NCBI GenBank assembly: GCA_035510735.1
Contig: DATKGN010000004.1
Span: 92,705 to 156,704, forward strand
DNA from: Patescibacteria group bacterium
GTDB lineage: Bacteria; Patescibacteriota; Microgenomatia; UBA10105; UBA927
DNA: 64,000 bases
Direction of reading: 5' to 3'
Part shown: piece after piece, positions 1-10,053 of the stretch
Numbering within the stretch: position 1 is the first letter of the stretch
Layout: the number at the start of each line of letters is the position of its first letter
Translations under genes and position numbers: made by a program
The notes under the pieces: generated by a model
What the model was told of the DNA's origin: nothing
Database searches by the model: none
The model's input: the letters and a program-made list of their open reading frames with translations, nothing else

Positions 1-57
1 GTTTTTTAGTTCATTAAACTTACGTAAGACATTTTAGTCAAATATAGAGGTAAATTT

Positions 58-984
58 ATGAAGTCGAATATATTTATCAAGTATCAAACAAAAGATTCTG
101 GTGGTTTTGATTTAACCACAATTGGAGAATCGTTTATAGGGATGGATTCTAATTTAAAGGATTTTTTTGAACTTTCTGGAATCGATGGCGAGCTTTTAGT
201 TAAAACTGAAAAAATATCTGAGGGTTCAGTATTAACTCATCAAGTTATTCATCTAGCTACATCGATGCCTTTTCATGACATACGTGAGTTGTTGGATTTT
301 TTATACGTCGTTGGAGCAGCAGAATATAAGATAGGGTCTGATTTTTTTCAGGCATTTGGCAGTGGATATAAAACAGTCAATGATTTTTTCAAGGAAAATC
401 CTTTGATTCTTGCTTCGATAGAATTGTTCCTAGGATATTATTTTACAAAATTAATGGACGCAGCTTCTTCTCAAAAGAATGGTCCAAAAAGTGACAATTC
501 TAATAGAAATATTCCGATGCGATATGCGAACGGGCTTCATAGAATGATTTTAGAGGGCAAATTTAGGAGAACGTTAAAACCGATAGTTGAAGGGAGCGCA
601 AGTGAAATAATTATTGGTAATAATCTTGAATTAAAAGATTCCTCACAAATAAACAGTGCAAATTTTGAGAACTATCTTCCAGAAGAAGAAAAAATCCTTC
701 CTGAGCTTGGAAATGGTACAACACATACATTTTTAGGGGAACTACTTGCTATACAGAGCACCAAGGGAGAAGTACTTAAGTTTAGGATTCACAACATTGA
801 TGAAAGATTTAATTTATTTACTGCATATCCAGCAGATGGTATGAATACAGAAAATTATATTCAATATTATAAAAAAGCAGTTAATATAACTGCTCAGGTA
901 ATTCGCGATTCGCTTTACAAAAAGCCAGAGTTGCAGATTTTATCAATAGAATTGACTCAACGAGACATGTTTGAGGGAAAATAA
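58..984 (+). CDS. hypothetical protein, translationally coupled to hsdR (14-nt overlap)
   Basis: 308-aa ORF with no recognisable motif. Its 3' end overlaps the hsdR start. AT-rich, like the rest of the island. Confidence 0.45.
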   Translation: MKSNIFIKYQTKDSGGFDLTTIGESFIGMDSNLKDFFELSGIDGELLVKTEKISEGSVLTHQVIHLATSMPFHDIRELLDFLYVVGAAEYKIGSDFFQAFGSGYKTVNDFFKENPLILASIELFLGYYFTKLMDAASSQKNGPKSDNSNRNIPMRYANGLHRMILEGKFRRTLKPIVEGSASEIIIGNNLELKDSSQINSANFENYLPEEEKILPELGNGTTHTFLGELLAIQSTKGEVLKFRIHNIDERFNLFTAYPADGMNTENYIQYYKKAVNITAQVIRDSLYKKPELQILSIELTQRDMFEGK

Positions 985-3925
985 ATATATGAAATTTAAC
1001 GAACAATATACAGTCGAAAAACACGTTATCAAATTCCTTTCCACAAATTTGGGTTATGAGTATATTGAACCTGATGAATTTGCTGAATTGAGAAGTTTGG
1101 AAAGTGAATACCTGATCGTTTCCCATCTTGCGGAAGCTATAAAGCGGATCAATAAAATTACTGATGATACAGAAGTACAAAGCGTTATTAGAGAAATAAA
1201 AAAAATTGATACAAACGAAGGTTTCCTAAAGCTCCTACGAGATGGCGTAAACCTTAAAGACACATTAACAGGTAAGATGCATGATTATCTGGTTGTTGAT
1301 TACGACAACATTGAAAATAATCGCTTCGTAGTGACCAATCAATTCTATTTTGAGGGCAATCTGGAAAATATAAGACCTGATATTTTAGTTTTTCTAAATG
1401 GTATTCCAATCGTTGATATTGAGGCAAAAAGCCCTACTGCTTCTACAACTGTTAGTTACGAAAATGCTATTGGTCAGATAATCCGCTATCAACGAGTAGC
1501 TATGAAACTATTCTGGCCGAATTGTTTTAATGTCGCGACAGATGGTTTAAAAACCGTTTATGCCACCACTTTCGCTCCAGAGCAGGATTTTTTGCAATGG
1601 AAAGACGAAGAACTTGAAAAAAAGCTCGATGGGCAGCTTGAAATGACTCTGACGTCTTTATTGGCAAAAGAAAGGTTATTAGACATAATCAAAAACTTTA
1701 TTGTTTTTGAGCAAACAAAAGATGGTCGAGTCAAAAAGATAGCTCGTTACCAACAGCTTCGTGCTACCAATAAAATTGTTGAACGAGTACAGGAAGGAAA
1801 AAAGAAACGAGGCTTAATCTGGCATACACAAGGATCAGGAAAATCTTTAACCATGTTTTTTGCCGCTTGGAAGCTTAGATTCGATAAGACACTCAAGAAT
1901 CCAAAAGTATTTGTTCTGGTTGATCGTATTGACCTTGATAACCAGATTTACGATTCATTCATCAATACTGGTGGTAAAAACGTGATTCGGGTTACTTCCC
2001 AGCGTGATCTCGCAAAAAAGATTACTAATGATGAGAGAGGAATTTTTATCTCTACCATTGAGAAGTTTAATGAGCTTCCCCTGCATCTTGACAATCCTAA
2101 TGAAAATATCATCGTTTTGTCTGACGAAGCTCACCGATCAAACGAGGGCGTAGCTGGAATTAAACTAAGAGATTCCATGCAAAAAGCCTTTTTCTTCGGC
2201 TTTACAGGTACGCCGATTGATAAAACAACTCTAAATACTCATCGAAACTTTGGACAAGAAGGTGAACGCTATCTTGATTACTATTCTATTCAACAGGCTA
2301 TTGATGACGGTGCAACACTGCCCGTAACGTATGAGGCTCGTCTTTCGAAATTCTTTATTGATGAACAAAAAATTGACCAACAATTTGACGAAATGACAAT
2401 CGATTTATCCCCAGAGCAAAAACAGTTAGTAATGCGACGTTATGGCAAAAAAGAGGCTCTTGTAAAGCTCGATAAACGCATGAAAGCTGTCGCACAAGAC
2501 ATTGTGGATCATTATAGACTCTACATCGAACCGAATGGTTTTAAGGCGCAAGTCGTCTGCTATGACCGAGAAGCTACAGCTAAATTCAAACAATTATTTG
2601 ATGAACTTATTCCAGCAGAATGGACAGAAGTTGTTTACTCACCCGGTGATCCGAACAGCGATCCAGAGAACTTGAGGAAATACAATACCAGCAAAGCTCA
2701 AAAAGAAAAGATTATTGATAAATTCAAAGATCCAAAAAGTTCTCTTAAATTACTTTTGGTCTGCGACATGCTTTTAACTGGATTTGATGCTCAAATTGAG
2801 CAAGCGATGTATTTGGATAAACCTTTACGAGATCATAACCTTTTGCAGGCTATTGCTCGTACAAATCGTGTATATCCAAACAAAGGGTGTGGAAAGATAA
2901 TTGATTACTACGGAATCACTAGAAACCTCTACGAAGCTCTTAACTTTGATGAAAGTATTATTGACTCTGCACTTATTGACCTTGATTCCCTTAAAGAAGA
3001 ATTTCTTGAGGTTCTTAACGAAATAAGAGAGATTTTTACTGGCATTAATCAAGAAGACCCATCAATTGAAAATTTGAGGCGATGCTTAAAAATCTTTATT
3101 GATAACGAAGGAAAACAACGCTATTTTACTGATAAATACTCCAGATTGAAGCTATTATTTGAAGTTTTGTCACCTGATCCGTTCCTTGCTGATTATATTA
3201 GGACATTCGAATGGATTACGAGCGTTTATATCGCCTTCCTTAATGATTTTAGACAAGAAAACTTGACTTTACAGGCTTTTCGAAGCGGTGACATTCCAAC
3301 TTTCGGAGAATACGGAGAAAAAGTTAAGAAACTGATTCAGGAACAGATTGATTATGAAGGAATCACAAAAAATTTCAGAGAGCTAAGGATCAATGATATC
3401 TATACTCTTGAGCGACTCGACAAGATGGAGGATGAAGAAAAAGCCTTGAATCTTGAAAAAATGCTCAAGCAAGAAATTTCTATTAACGTTGACACAAATC
3501 CTATATTTCAGAAATTCAGTGAGCGATTAACAGCTATCCGAAAAGAGTTTGAACAACACCAGATTGATCTTTCCGAAAGAATTAAGCGTTACTACGACTT
3601 GATGAACGATATTAAGAGCAAAGCAGACGAAGCCAAAGAAATGGGGCTTAATTTACGAGAATACGGACTGTTCGTTATATCTCAGGAATTTTTATCTAAA
3701 ACAGATCAACCAGTTCTATTAGCGTTATCTAAAGACCTTTCGAAAAGATTAGAGTCTATTCTTGATGAAGGTTGGCAAAATTCATCCAAACGAGAAGAAT
3801 TTCTTAAAGGTGTCAAGCAAATTATTCAAGAGCTTATCCTAAAAGACTATAAAGGTAAAATACAAGTCGAGGATTTCCCTAAATTTTTAAACAGACTTGT
3901 TGATATTGTTATTAAAAAATTCTGA
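971..3925 (+). CDS. hsdR: type I restriction enzyme R subunit (HsdR)
   Basis: N-terminal PD-(D/E)XK motif (RPDILVFLNGIPIVDIEAKS). SF2 motifs GSGKSLT (I), LSDEAHRS (II, DEAH) and QAIARTNR (VI). 984 aa, typical HsdR size. Confidence 0.85.
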   Translation: MRENKYMKFNEQYTVEKHVIKFLSTNLGYEYIEPDEFAELRSLESEYLIVSHLAEAIKRINKITDDTEVQSVIREIKKIDTNEGFLKLLRDGVNLKDTLTGKMHDYLVVDYDNIENNRFVVTNQFYFEGNLENIRPDILVFLNGIPIVDIEAKSPTASTTVSYENAIGQIIRYQRVAMKLFWPNCFNVATDGLKTVYATTFAPEQDFLQWKDEELEKKLDGQLEMTLTSLLAKERLLDIIKNFIVFEQTKDGRVKKIARYQQLRATNKIVERVQEGKKKRGLIWHTQGSGKSLTMFFAAWKLRFDKTLKNPKVFVLVDRIDLDNQIYDSFINTGGKNVIRVTSQRDLAKKITNDERGIFISTIEKFNELPLHLDNPNENIIVLSDEAHRSNEGVAGIKLRDSMQKAFFFGFTGTPIDKTTLNTHRNFGQEGERYLDYYSIQQAIDDGATLPVTYEARLSKFFIDEQKIDQQFDEMTIDLSPEQKQLVMRRYGKKEALVKLDKRMKAVAQDIVDHYRLYIEPNGFKAQVVCYDREATAKFKQLFDELIPAEWTEVVYSPGDPNSDPENLRKYNTSKAQKEKIIDKFKDPKSSLKLLLVCDMLLTGFDAQIEQAMYLDKPLRDHNLLQAIARTNRVYPNKGCGKIIDYYGITRNLYEALNFDESIIDSALIDLDSLKEEFLEVLNEIREIFTGINQEDPSIENLRRCLKIFIDNEGKQRYFTDKYSRLKLLFEVLSPDPFLADYIRTFEWITSVYIAFLNDFRQENLTLQAFRSGDIPTFGEYGEKVKKLIQEQIDYEGITKNFRELRINDIYTLERLDKMEDEEKALNLEKMLKQEISINVDTNPIFQKFSERLTAIRKEFEQHQIDLSERIKRYYDLMNDIKSKADEAKEMGLNLREYGLFVISQEFLSKTDQPVLLALSKDLSKRLESILDEGWQNSSKREEFLKGVKQIIQELILKDYKGKIQVEDFPKFLNRLVDIVIKKF

Positions 3926-4497
3926 TGAAACGACAGATAAGCTTACACAATAAAGTCATCAACTACTCAATCCGCAGGAGCAGGAGAGCCAAGCGGATGA
4001 GGTTAGCCGTCTATTGCGACGGTAATTTTATTGTTACTGTTCCCCAGATGTTTCCCTCTAACTCAGTTGACAGTTACGTAATTGCAAAATCACAATGGGT
4101 TATTTCCAAGCTCGATTTTTTTGAAGGACTAAACAAGAAGCAAAAATTAACTCTTGGGACTGATGGATATGATAAGTATAAGGAAAAAGCCTTAGAAATG
4201 GTTACAGAGAGGCTTACAGCTATTAATAACAAGCACTATAAATTAATGTTTAATAAGATTACTATCAAAAGTCAGAAAACACGCTGGGGAAGCTGTTCAA
4301 AGAAACAAAATCTTAACTTTAACTATAAAATTCTGTTCCTACCTCCCAAAATGCGGGATTACATCATGGTGCATGAGCTCTGTCATTTAAAAGAATTTAA
4401 TCATGCTAGCCGATTTTGGAGGCTTGTAGCAAAAGCTATGCCAGACTATACGAAAATTATTGGTGATTTGAAAGAAAAAGGTTTAACAATATCGTGA
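3925..4497 (+). CDS. DUF45/YgjP-like zinc metallohydrolase (HEXXH)
   Basis: HELCH (HEXXH) motif near the C-terminus. Start overlaps the hsdR stop (ATGA). This family commonly follows hsdR. Confidence 0.65.
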   Translation: MKRQISLHNKVINYSIRRSRRAKRMRLAVYCDGNFIVTVPQMFPSNSVDSYVIAKSQWVISKLDFFEGLNKKQKLTLGTDGYDKYKEKALEMVTERLTAINNKHYKLMFNKITIKSQKTRWGSCSKKQNLNFNYKILFLPPKMRDYIMVHELCHLKEFNHASRFWRLVAKAMPDYTKIIGDLKEKGLTIS

Positions 4498-4588
4498 ATA
4501 TAGAGTTAAGAGTATTATAAACGAAGCGATGTGAGCGTTAAACGTCGAGTAATCTTGGTTGTAGGCACAGAATGCATTGTAAAGATAA

Positions 4589-5059
4589 ATGAACTCAACA
4601 GAAATTATTTTTGATCCCCAGCTATTTTCTATTTGGAAAAAAGGTTTTCTGCCCAAAGATTGGCTCGCGTTGTATCCTACTATTTTTGATTCAGAAGATT
4701 TGCGATTAGCTCTCTCACAACCGCAATATCACTTCGCTGAATGGTTTACGGCAATTCATTATTTCAAGCTGGGATGGAATGCTCTCGTCGAACAATATAT
4801 TTATAAACCGCACGCGAGAAAACTTGTGATTATTGAAAAGTATTTAGGGAAGGAAGGTGTGGAATTTCTTCGCAAGAGTGAGGGTCGCGGTCGAATTCAA
4901 CCACCAGATTTGTTTTTATATCGTGGAGACGAATATTTTTTCGGAGAAATCAAAATGCCGTCTGATAAACTTCGCGACGAACAAAAAATATTTTTTGAAT
5001 CAATTGAGAAACACTTTAATACATCTGTGAGCATTATATATTTGAAAAAGCGCGTATAA
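4589..5059 (+). CDS. VRR-NUC-like nuclease domain protein
   Basis: C-terminal PDLFLY...GEIK...QK pattern resembling the VRR-NUC / PD-(D/E)XK core. Confidence 0.45.
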   Translation: MNSTEIIFDPQLFSIWKKGFLPKDWLALYPTIFDSEDLRLALSQPQYHFAEWFTAIHYFKLGWNALVEQYIYKPHARKLVIIEKYLGKEGVEFLRKSEGRGRIQPPDLFLYRGDEYFFGEIKMPSDKLRDEQKIFFESIEKHFNTSVSIIYLKKRV

Positions 5060-5112
5060 TCAGGCTATGTCTCAATATTACAATCCAAATCGCATATTAA
5101 ATAAACAACAAA

Positions 5113-6594
5113 ATGACGCTGTCTAAATCAGATTATCTTCTTTTCCTCAAACACCCCGCGTGGCTTTGGTTAAAAAAGCATGACAGACGAAAGCTGCCGC
5201 CCGTTGATGAAAATCTTCAAGCTGTCTTTGATGCCGGCCACATGTTTGAAAAGTATGCAGAGAAGTTATTCCCCGGCGGCGTTACTCTTGGGTTTTCTGA
5301 AGATGATTTTGATACGTATCTGAGTTTACCAGCACGAACGACACAGGCATTACGAGATGGCGCGACGACTATTTTCCAGGGGCGCTTTGAAAGCAACAAT
5401 ATAACGTGCATCTGCGATGTGGTGGTCAAAGTCAACGATTCAACCGTTGACCTCTATGAGATTAAATCCAGCACTGAAGCCAAAGAGCTCCACGAACATG
5501 ATCTCGCGTTTCAGATGATTGTGCTTGAAAGTTGCGGATATACCGTACGTACCATTAAAGTACTGCATGCCAACAATACGTATGTCCGTCAGGGAGCCAT
5601 TGACCCACAGCAACTGGTCATGTCTACGGATATCACGGAAACGGTGAAGGAGATGCGGGAAGATACTAAGTATCACATCACAAAAGCGCTGGAGGTGATG
5701 GCGGCACCGACCATTCCGGATATTTCGCCGATCCATGCCCAGTTTCAGTCATTGGGCGAATGGATAGAAATTTACAAGACATTCCATTCGGTGTCAGCCG
5801 GAAGCATTTATAGTCTGTGTCGGCTCAATGTGAAGCTTATTGAAGAGCTTGAGGATCGGCATATCGAAATGATTGCAGATATTCCTGAGGATATTGCACT
5901 GCGTCCCCAACAGAAGTTGCAGGTTCGCGCAACGAAAGAAAACAAGGTTCTTATTCGAGCATCCGACATTCGCACATTTCTCTCGCAATTTGTGTTTCCG
6001 CTCTACTTTCTTGACTACGAAACGCTCGCAAATGTGGTGCCGGAGTTTGATGGTACCCGTTCGTATCAGCAGGTACCATTCCAGTACTCGCTCCATATAT
6101 TGGATGCGCCCGGCAGCGAGGTGCGGCACGTGAGCTATCTTCATACAGAAAAAACAAACCCTGTCCTTCCGTTAAGTCAATCACTCCTATCCCATATCGG
6201 TACCACGGGGACTGTCCTCGTGTGGCATGAAAGTTTTGAAAAAGGACGCAATACCGAAATGGGTGAATTATTCCCTGAATTTAAAGCGTTTTATAGGGAG
6301 GTAAATAAGCGGATCATTGACTTGAAGATTCCCTTTTCCGAAGGATGGTATGTCCATAAAGACTTTTTAGGAAGTGCATCGATTAAAAAAGTATTGCCCG
6401 TCCTTGTTCCTGAACTTTCCTACACTGCCCTGGATATTCATGAAGGGAATTCGGCACAGCGTCTTTGGATGGAGACGGTGCTGGAAGGAGAACACGCGGC
6501 AGAACGCGCTAAAGTCTTCCAAAATCTCGATAAGTATTGTACACTGGACACACGTGCGATGGTACGCATTTACGAGAAATTGACTGCAATATGA
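5113..6594 (+). CDS. DUF2779-family PD-(D/E)XK (RecB-like) nuclease
   Basis: N-terminus LSKSDYLLFLKHPAWLWLKKH matches the characteristic DUF2779 start. D..DLYEIK nuclease motif. About 490 aa, typical for the family. Confidence 0.55.
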   Translation: MTLSKSDYLLFLKHPAWLWLKKHDRRKLPPVDENLQAVFDAGHMFEKYAEKLFPGGVTLGFSEDDFDTYLSLPARTTQALRDGATTIFQGRFESNNITCICDVVVKVNDSTVDLYEIKSSTEAKELHEHDLAFQMIVLESCGYTVRTIKVLHANNTYVRQGAIDPQQLVMSTDITETVKEMREDTKYHITKALEVMAAPTIPDISPIHAQFQSLGEWIEIYKTFHSVSAGSIYSLCRLNVKLIEELEDRHIEMIADIPEDIALRPQQKLQVRATKENKVLIRASDIRTFLSQFVFPLYFLDYETLANVVPEFDGTRSYQQVPFQYSLHILDAPGSEVRHVSYLHTEKTNPVLPLSQSLLSHIGTTGTVLVWHESFEKGRNTEMGELFPEFKAFYREVNKRIIDLKIPFSEGWYVHKDFLGSASIKKVLPVLVPELSYTALDIHEGNSAQRLWMETVLEGEHAAERAKVFQNLDKYCTLDTRAMVRIYEKLTAI

Positions 6595-6845
6595 GACCCA
6601 TGTCAGCAAAGAAATATCGTGAGACAACAAAGAAAATCGTTGTAGATCGTTTTGGTCCAGATAACGAGATGTATGCTCGCGCAAAAGAGCGTTTTGCTAC
6701 CGAAGCATACGTTTCGTCAGGATCGCTTCAACGACATATGCAAATACCATACTTTCGCGCACGATATATTCTCGACAGAATGATTGATGATAAGTTTTGT
6801 GAACCACAAGAAGGTGCAAAGCCTTGCAAAGTTCTTAAAAAATAA
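6591..6845 (+). CDS. small FtsK-gamma-like winged-helix DNA-binding protein
   Basis: SGSLQRHMQIPYFRARYILDRMIDDKF matches the FtsK gamma-domain pattern (S-x-LQR-x-IGYNRAARIID-ME). ATG overlaps the stop of the DUF2779 gene (ATGA). Confidence 0.45.
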   Translation: MRPMSAKKYRETTKKIVVDRFGPDNEMYARAKERFATEAYVSSGSLQRHMQIPYFRARYILDRMIDDKFCEPQEGAKPCKVLKK

Positions 6846-6885
6846 GTTCTATTATTTGTTGTCAATATTTTCGAATCAAGTTATT

Positions 6886-7470
6886 TTACTGAAGTTTTTG
6901 TTTCAATTCGCTTATTTTATTCTCCAATAAATTATTGGTATATAAAACTGGACGATCTGATCCTCTGGTGAGATAAATACTATCGTTTTCTTCATCAAAG
7001 CCGAATCCGAATTTTGATTCAACTTTCCCTTTCTTTGTTTTTATTTCATTTAATAATGTTCCCATTTCGTTATCGGAAAATAGCAACGATTTGAACCCCC
7101 ACCATTTATCCGGTGTGGTTTTGTCCAGTTTTATTCCGTTGCCTCTGGATAAGATCGGATATGGAGTGAAGAAAACGTAATAATCTGCAATACCTTCTTT
7201 GTATTTATAGAGAAAATTATTAAACCATGAAGAATGTTGATGGACGATTCGGTTGTTCCGTTTTGACGGGATTCCTTCGTATGATCGTGAACTTTTAATC
7301 TGAATGGTTAACGTTTTTTTCGTTTTGAGGTTATGGATTATCAAATCAACACCCTCCTGCTGTCGTGATAACGGAATATACAGAGAATACCCGTCTTTCT
7401 TTTTCAGTTCATTTTGCAGTATCAATGCAACCTTGTATTCGGAGAACGGTAAGGTGAATATAGAATCCAT
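6886..7470 (-). CDS. hypothetical protein, possible PD-(D/E)XK nuclease fold
   Basis: QEGVDLII...TLTIQIKSS resembles an E-D-(E/Q)xK core. No other recognisable motif. Confidence 0.35.
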   Translation of the reverse strand: MDSIFTLPFSEYKVALILQNELKKKDGYSLYIPLSRQQEGVDLIIHNLKTKKTLTIQIKSSRSYEGIPSKRNNRIVHQHSSWFNNFLYKYKEGIADYYVFFTPYPILSRGNGIKLDKTTPDKWWGFKSLLFSDNEMGTLLNEIKTKKGKVESKFGFGFDEENDSIYLTRGSDRPVLYTNNLLENKISELKQKLQ

Positions 7471-7528
7471 ATTTAGTGTATATTATACCGCTAAATAGAC
7501 TTTAGAGTGTATAATCAAGGGGATTTTT

Positions 7529-9199
7529 ATGGATTACCTTAAAGATGATCAACACTATATCAACCGCTATGATCTCCTAACTATAAAGGAGTGCCTCAAG
7601 GTAGTTGAAATGTTCCAGGCTGTCTACAACAAAACCCTTACTAGTAAAGAACTACAAGGCATGTCTAATCATGATAAATACAGTGATGTCACTAAGCTGA
7701 TGTATTGGCAGTTGTGGTTTATTCAGTCTCAAGAATTTAAAAATAAGAAAGAAACAATCAGGAAATGGATGGAGGATGATCGTATAAAGCAGGAAAAATA
7801 CGATAGTGCCATTGAGCCTCAGGCTATCCACTGCCCTTCATGCAAAGCAAAAATGCAGATAGCAGGATCTAAACATTTGGAAGATTATACAGATCAACCA
7901 ATGCGAGTGATGTTTCTCTTTCGCTGTACAAAATGTAAAAAGCAAGAATGGGTATACGAAGGTGGCGAAATAAGAGTATCGAAACCTGATCTCTGTTCTA
8001 AATGCAATAAAGAAATTGACGTCAAGCATACGAGGAAAGGCAAAGTTATTACTTGGACGAGAAAATGTAAGTTTTGTGGTCACACCGAAACCGAAGTAGA
8101 CGACTTTGAAAAGAGTGATAAAGAATACTTGCAAAAAGAGCAGGCAGAAAAAGAGTTATTGGAAAAATATCGCACTGCATTTTGTTTAACAGACGAGCAA
8201 GGAGAAAAGTTTTTATTTGAACTAGAAGCCATGGAATTCGCCGACCAAATACGCAACGAAGCAAAACAAAAATATGACAACAGTGCTTATCAACAAGTAA
8301 GTACACTGAAGAAGCTAACCATTGTTGAACTCGAAAAGCTCCTAACAAAAGTGTTAGAGAAAACAAGTTATATAAAGCTCTCCTTTACCGCTCCTGAAAT
8401 AGGACAGTTTATTTTTGCTCCATTTACGTTACAGGATGCCGATACGTCACGGAGGGAAAATATCAGCACGAGTACGCTTGAGAAACTCCTCAAAAGTACG
8501 TTAGAAAACACAAACTGGCGACTCGTAGATAGAGTAAGTTATCGGCTCGGTTTTCTCTCAGGAAGGCTGAAAGGATATGAACGAGAAGATGATTTATTAA
8601 AGCTGTACGAAAAGAAAAAAGAGCCACAAAAAGCAATAGACCCTGAAAAGCGAATGAAGTACAGTACGAGCACTTGGGTAAAACTTGCTGAAATGCAAGG
8701 AGAACATGAGGGAATAGATGCTACGAGAAAAAGACGATTAGAAAAAGAGCCAGAAGGATTTTTTCTGGATGCAGATGTTCATTACAACTGTGCAATTTGC
8801 TACGAAGGTCATTACGGGAACGAAATTTGGTGGAACTTAGATGGAATTCGTTGTGCTGATTGCTGGCATAACATTAAAGAAGGCGTTATACCACCGCTAA
8901 AGAAGCACTTGTTTGATAACGAAGGTGAGTGGATTTCAAATTCGCAATTAAAATCAAGGCATAACGTCCATCCCTCATCTGTTAAAAAACTACGGCGAGA
9001 GGGATTGTTGCATGGCAGAGATTTAAAGAGAGCAAACGGTTCAATTTATGAAACTATTTATTTGGTAAGCGAAAATCAGGAATTTCTTAAAAAATATCCT
9101 CGGATAAAGGAAAAGGAAAATCCAAACATAGTTACCTTGGATATATTTGGGCATGCAGTACAAATAGGCGAAGTGCCTAGTGAAGATAAAGGTAAATAA
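7529..9199 (+). CDS. zinc-ribbon-rich hypothetical protein (multiple CxxC pairs)
   Basis: CPSC...CTKC, CSKC...CKFC and CAIC...CADC Cys pairs. Lys/Glu-rich linkers. No catalytic motif seen. Confidence 0.5.
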   Translation: MDYLKDDQHYINRYDLLTIKECLKVVEMFQAVYNKTLTSKELQGMSNHDKYSDVTKLMYWQLWFIQSQEFKNKKETIRKWMEDDRIKQEKYDSAIEPQAIHCPSCKAKMQIAGSKHLEDYTDQPMRVMFLFRCTKCKKQEWVYEGGEIRVSKPDLCSKCNKEIDVKHTRKGKVITWTRKCKFCGHTETEVDDFEKSDKEYLQKEQAEKELLEKYRTAFCLTDEQGEKFLFELEAMEFADQIRNEAKQKYDNSAYQQVSTLKKLTIVELEKLLTKVLEKTSYIKLSFTAPEIGQFIFAPFTLQDADTSRRENISTSTLEKLLKSTLENTNWRLVDRVSYRLGFLSGRLKGYEREDDLLKLYEKKKEPQKAIDPEKRMKYSTSTWVKLAEMQGEHEGIDATRKRRLEKEPEGFFLDADVHYNCAICYEGHYGNEIWWNLDGIRCADCWHNIKEGVIPPLKKHLFDNEGEWISNSQLKSRHNVHPSSVKKLRREGLLHGRDLKRANGSIYETIYLVSENQEFLKKYPRIKEKENPNIVTLDIFGHAVQIGEVPSEDKGK

Positions 9200-9434
9200 C
9201 TACTGATCAAACTATATCAGTTAAGAATTGAGACACTCCTTTTTTATAGTGTCCCATTTGTCTCATTTAGCTTCGACTACGGGACACAAAAACCCCAGAA
9301 TCTGGTAGAATACAAGGTTGGAGTATGGTGGGGTTATAAGGACACTGGGGTTCCAGACTCACATGCTCCGCCTTCGCTCGCCGAAGCGAGCTACGGCGGA
9401 CGCTGTCCGCACTTGGTTTGAATATTGTTCAAGT

Positions 9435-10019
9435 ATGTCATTAATTAAAACAGGGATAAGCATTATCGGTGTGATCCTCGCGTTTGTCGCGTATATCCCG
9501 TATTTCCGGGATACGATTCAGGGAAAAACCACACCGCATATTTACAGCTGGTTTATCTGGGGATTTTTAACATCGATTGTGTATGCGCTCCAAGTCGCCG
9601 CAGGAGCAGGCGTCGGGTCATGGGTCACACTATCAGTTGCCGTCATATCGTTTCTTATATTTTTCCTGGGGCTCAAAAACGGAAAAAAGGATATTACGAA
9701 AACTGACACGGTATTCTTTGTTCTTTCCCTTATTGCATTATTCCTATGGTGGTTTGCCAAGCAACCCGTATTATCCGTCATCCTTGCGGTGTCCATCGAT
9801 ATGCTCGGATTTATTCCCACAATCAGAAAGTCATGGAACAAACCGTATTCAGAGACATTATCCTTATATGAAATAAATTCATTCCGGCATCTCTTAAGTT
9901 TATTTGCGCTTCAAACATACAATATCGTTACGTGGCTCAATCCCGCGGTATGGATTCTGGCGAACGGATTATTCAGTCTGATGTTACTGCTCAGGCGAAG
10001 AAGGATTGCTCAAAAATAA
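9435..10019 (+). CDS. polytopic integral membrane protein
   Basis: About 6-7 hydrophobic helices. Start moved to the internal ATG (MSLIKTG) after a structured 230-nt leader. Confidence 0.5.
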   Translation: MSLIKTGISIIGVILAFVAYIPYFRDTIQGKTTPHIYSWFIWGFLTSIVYALQVAAGAGVGSWVTLSVAVISFLIFFLGLKNGKKDITKTDTVFFVLSLIALFLWWFAKQPVLSVILAVSIDMLGFIPTIRKSWNKPYSETLSLYEINSFRHLLSLFALQTYNIVTWLNPAVWILANGLFSLMLLLRRRRIAQK

Positions 10020-10053
10020 TAGTTTCAGTTCCGTCGCAGGCCGTTATATATGT

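Noticed and set aside
5217-6684. Several 60-116-aa ORFs on both strands within the DUF2779 gene
   Set aside because: All are nested in or antisense to a 493-aa ORF with a family-specific N-terminus and nuclease motif. Shadow ORFs.
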